Below, in pieces: positions 62,322-64,000 of a stretch of 64,000 nucleotides of DNA. Under the pieces are notes generated by a model that saw nothing but the letters and a program-made list of their open reading frames with translations, searched no databases and was not told where the DNA came from. Every line of letters begins with the position of its first letter. Position 1 is the stretch's first letter. The stretch comes from an uncultured Chroococcidiopsis sp. (GTDB lineage Bacteria > Cyanobacteriota > Cyanobacteriia > Cyanobacteriales > Chroococcidiopsidaceae). The translations under genes and the position numbers were made by a program. The DNA lies in NCBI GenBank assembly GCA_964248365.1, contig CAXTYC010000027.1:1-64000 (forward strand), given 5' to 3'.

Positions 62322-63551
62322 ATGAGTCATGTAGTAGTTATTGGATGCGGTGTTGTTGGGGCGGCAATCGCCTACGAACTGAGTCTTGTTCCAGGGTTCA
62401 AAATCACCGTCATTGACAAACAACCCCCAGCGCAAGCGGCAACTAAAGCTGCCCTGGGAGTCCTGATGGCAGTCATTAGTCACAAAATTAAGGGCAAGGC
62501 GTGGCAGATGCGGATGACTAGCATCCAGCGCTATGAAACTCTGATTCCAGAACTAGAGGCACTTACAGGGCATCAGATTCCTTTCAATCGCCAGGGAATT
62601 TTGATGCTCCTTCCTCCCAATTCGCAAGAATGTGGAGCATGGCAAGATTTAGCTTCTTGGGAAAAGTTAGCCCAAATTCGTGCGGCGTGGGGTTGGCAGT
62701 TGGAAATCTGGGATGAGGCAAAAGTCAAGTCCAGATGCCCGCAAATCAATTGCGATCGCCTGGGTGCAGCTGTTTATTCTCCTTGCGATCGCCAAGTCGA
62801 TCCACTAAGTTTGACTCTAGCTTTAGTCGAGGGCGCTAAACGCAATGGTGTTACGTTCCATTTTGGTGTCACAGTCGAAGAATATGATTTGACAACTACC
62901 CCAAAGCATCAGCATCAGGTGCAACAAATCAAGACAAAAAGTGTCGGGGTTGAAACAAGGCTCTTAATACAAGATGTTGATTGGCTAGTGGTATCCGCTG
63001 GGCTTGGTTCATTACAAGCGCTACAAGCTATGCAAGGGAGCAGGGGACTTGGAGAAGTTGGAGAAGCTACAACCATTCTCCCACTCTCCCCCTCCTCTTC
63101 TTCCCCTGCTATTGATATTAGACCTGTCTTGGGTCAAGCTATACACCTCAAACTGAGTCATCCTTTAGGTAATCAAGATTTTCAACCTGTAATTACTGCA
63201 AATGATGTGCATATCGTGCCTTATGGTGGGGGCGTACAAACAACAGAATACCAGGTAGGGGCAACGGTAGAATTTCCCACAGATGGGGGGGATGTGGTAG
63301 CACAACCAGCAAGACTTGCTGAAGTTATGCAAGGCGCGATCGCTTTGTGTCCCGCTTTAGCCCAGTCAACTATCATTAGAACATGGTCAGGGTTGCGCCC
63401 CCGTCCCCTCGGTCGTCCCGCACCTATAATTGGTCATCTACCAGGATTTAGTAACGTTCTATTAGCTACTGGACATTATCGCAACGGTGTGCTATTAGCA
63501 CCTGCAACGGCTGGGGAAATTTATCAAATGATTTTGAATTCTAGTTTTTAG
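62322..63551 (+). CDS. FAD-dependent oxidoreductase (DAO/ThiO-like)
   Basis: IGCGVVG, WSGLRP and GHYRNGVLLAP motifs. Confidence 0.9.
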   Translation: MSHVVVIGCGVVGAAIAYELSLVPGFKITVIDKQPPAQAATKAALGVLMAVISHKIKGKAWQMRMTSIQRYETLIPELEALTGHQIPFNRQGILMLLPPNSQECGAWQDLASWEKLAQIRAAWGWQLEIWDEAKVKSRCPQINCDRLGAAVYSPCDRQVDPLSLTLALVEGAKRNGVTFHFGVTVEEYDLTTTPKHQHQVQQIKTKSVGVETRLLIQDVDWLVVSAGLGSLQALQAMQGSRGLGEVGEATTILPLSPSSSSPAIDIRPVLGQAIHLKLSHPLGNQDFQPVITANDVHIVPYGGGVQTTEYQVGATVEFPTDGGDVVAQPARLAEVMQGAIALCPALAQSTIIRTWSGLRPRPLGRPAPIIGHLPGFSNVLLATGHYRNGVLLAPATAGEIYQMILNSSF

Positions 63552-63563
63552 CTCATTCCCAGG

Positions 63564-63665
63564 GTTGTCCGTCTTAAAAATAGAGCCAGTCCTTCATATC
63601 GATCCCCTGTAATCCCGACAGATAAACCAATACACGGCTGGCTCTATTTTTAGAGGTACATCGGT
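63564..63665. mobile_element. 102-bp miniature element, copy 2
   Basis: Perfect 8-bp flanking duplication TTCCCAGG at 63556-63563 and 63666-63673. Confidence 0.75.
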
Positions 63666-63777
63666 TTCCCAGGCTCTTGCCTGGGAACAAACATTTAGGC
63701 TTATACAAAGCGCCCAATTCACAATTATCTTGTTCTCTTAAATTGCGCTTGAGTGCAGTTTTTGAATTGGTGAATTT

Positions 63778-64000
63778 CTACTGTGGTGGTTTTGGACGTT
63801 TGTTTGGTTTGGGAACAGACGTTTTGGGAATGGGTTTTGGCACACTGGAGGAGGAGCCAGGTGTTTTACGAACTGGACGCGGGGTGTCAAAGTTGCTTTT
63901 ATGACCGAGCTTTTCTCCCCCACTGGGCTGAAATTTTTTCCTTGGTTTTGGTTTTGGCATGGGTGCGATCGCCTCTGCCTGTTGTATCACTAAGTTATCA
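63778..64000 (-). CDS. C-terminal Pro/Lys-rich end of a gene starting beyond the window
   Basis: Open frame running to the window edge, with a low-complexity tail. Confidence 0.55.
   Translation of the reverse strand, partial: DNLVIQQAEAIAPMPKPKPRKKFQPSGGEKLGHKSNFDTPRPVRKTPGSSSSVPKPIPKTSVPKPNKRPKPPQ

Overview
This is a chromosomal window from a cyanobacterium: it has many HIP1 GCGATCGC octamers, heptameric STRR arrays, psaAB and psbQ. The PsaA/PsaB sequence type suggests a Chroococcidiopsis/Nostocales-like lineage (inference). Most of it is housekeeping: glyQ, comEC, tRNA-Ser(CGA), a Liv-type amino-acid ABC operon, an oxidoreductase-SelD fusion, bioD, prs, psaAB, rpiA, a Tat-exported Mn-SOD, rsmG and psbQ. 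The best candidate for an undescribed system is at 52.7-59.1 kb. It encodes a receiver + glutaredoxin-like + thioredoxin-reductase-like fusion with both redox CxxC motifs lost, plus two paralogous histidine kinases with non-canonical cNMP-fold sensors. A toxin-antitoxin pair with a dead toxin and a broken GNAT gene interrupt that cluster. Other notable items are an exported SAM-methyltransferase-fold protein coupled to an APC permease, two 102-bp elements with 8-bp target duplications and an apparently inverted core, nested MITEs, repeats inserted in frame in enzymes, and a PsaA lacking the P700 H-bond residues. No CRISPR array, rRNA or intact transposase was seen. All family assignments come from motif recognition, not database searches.
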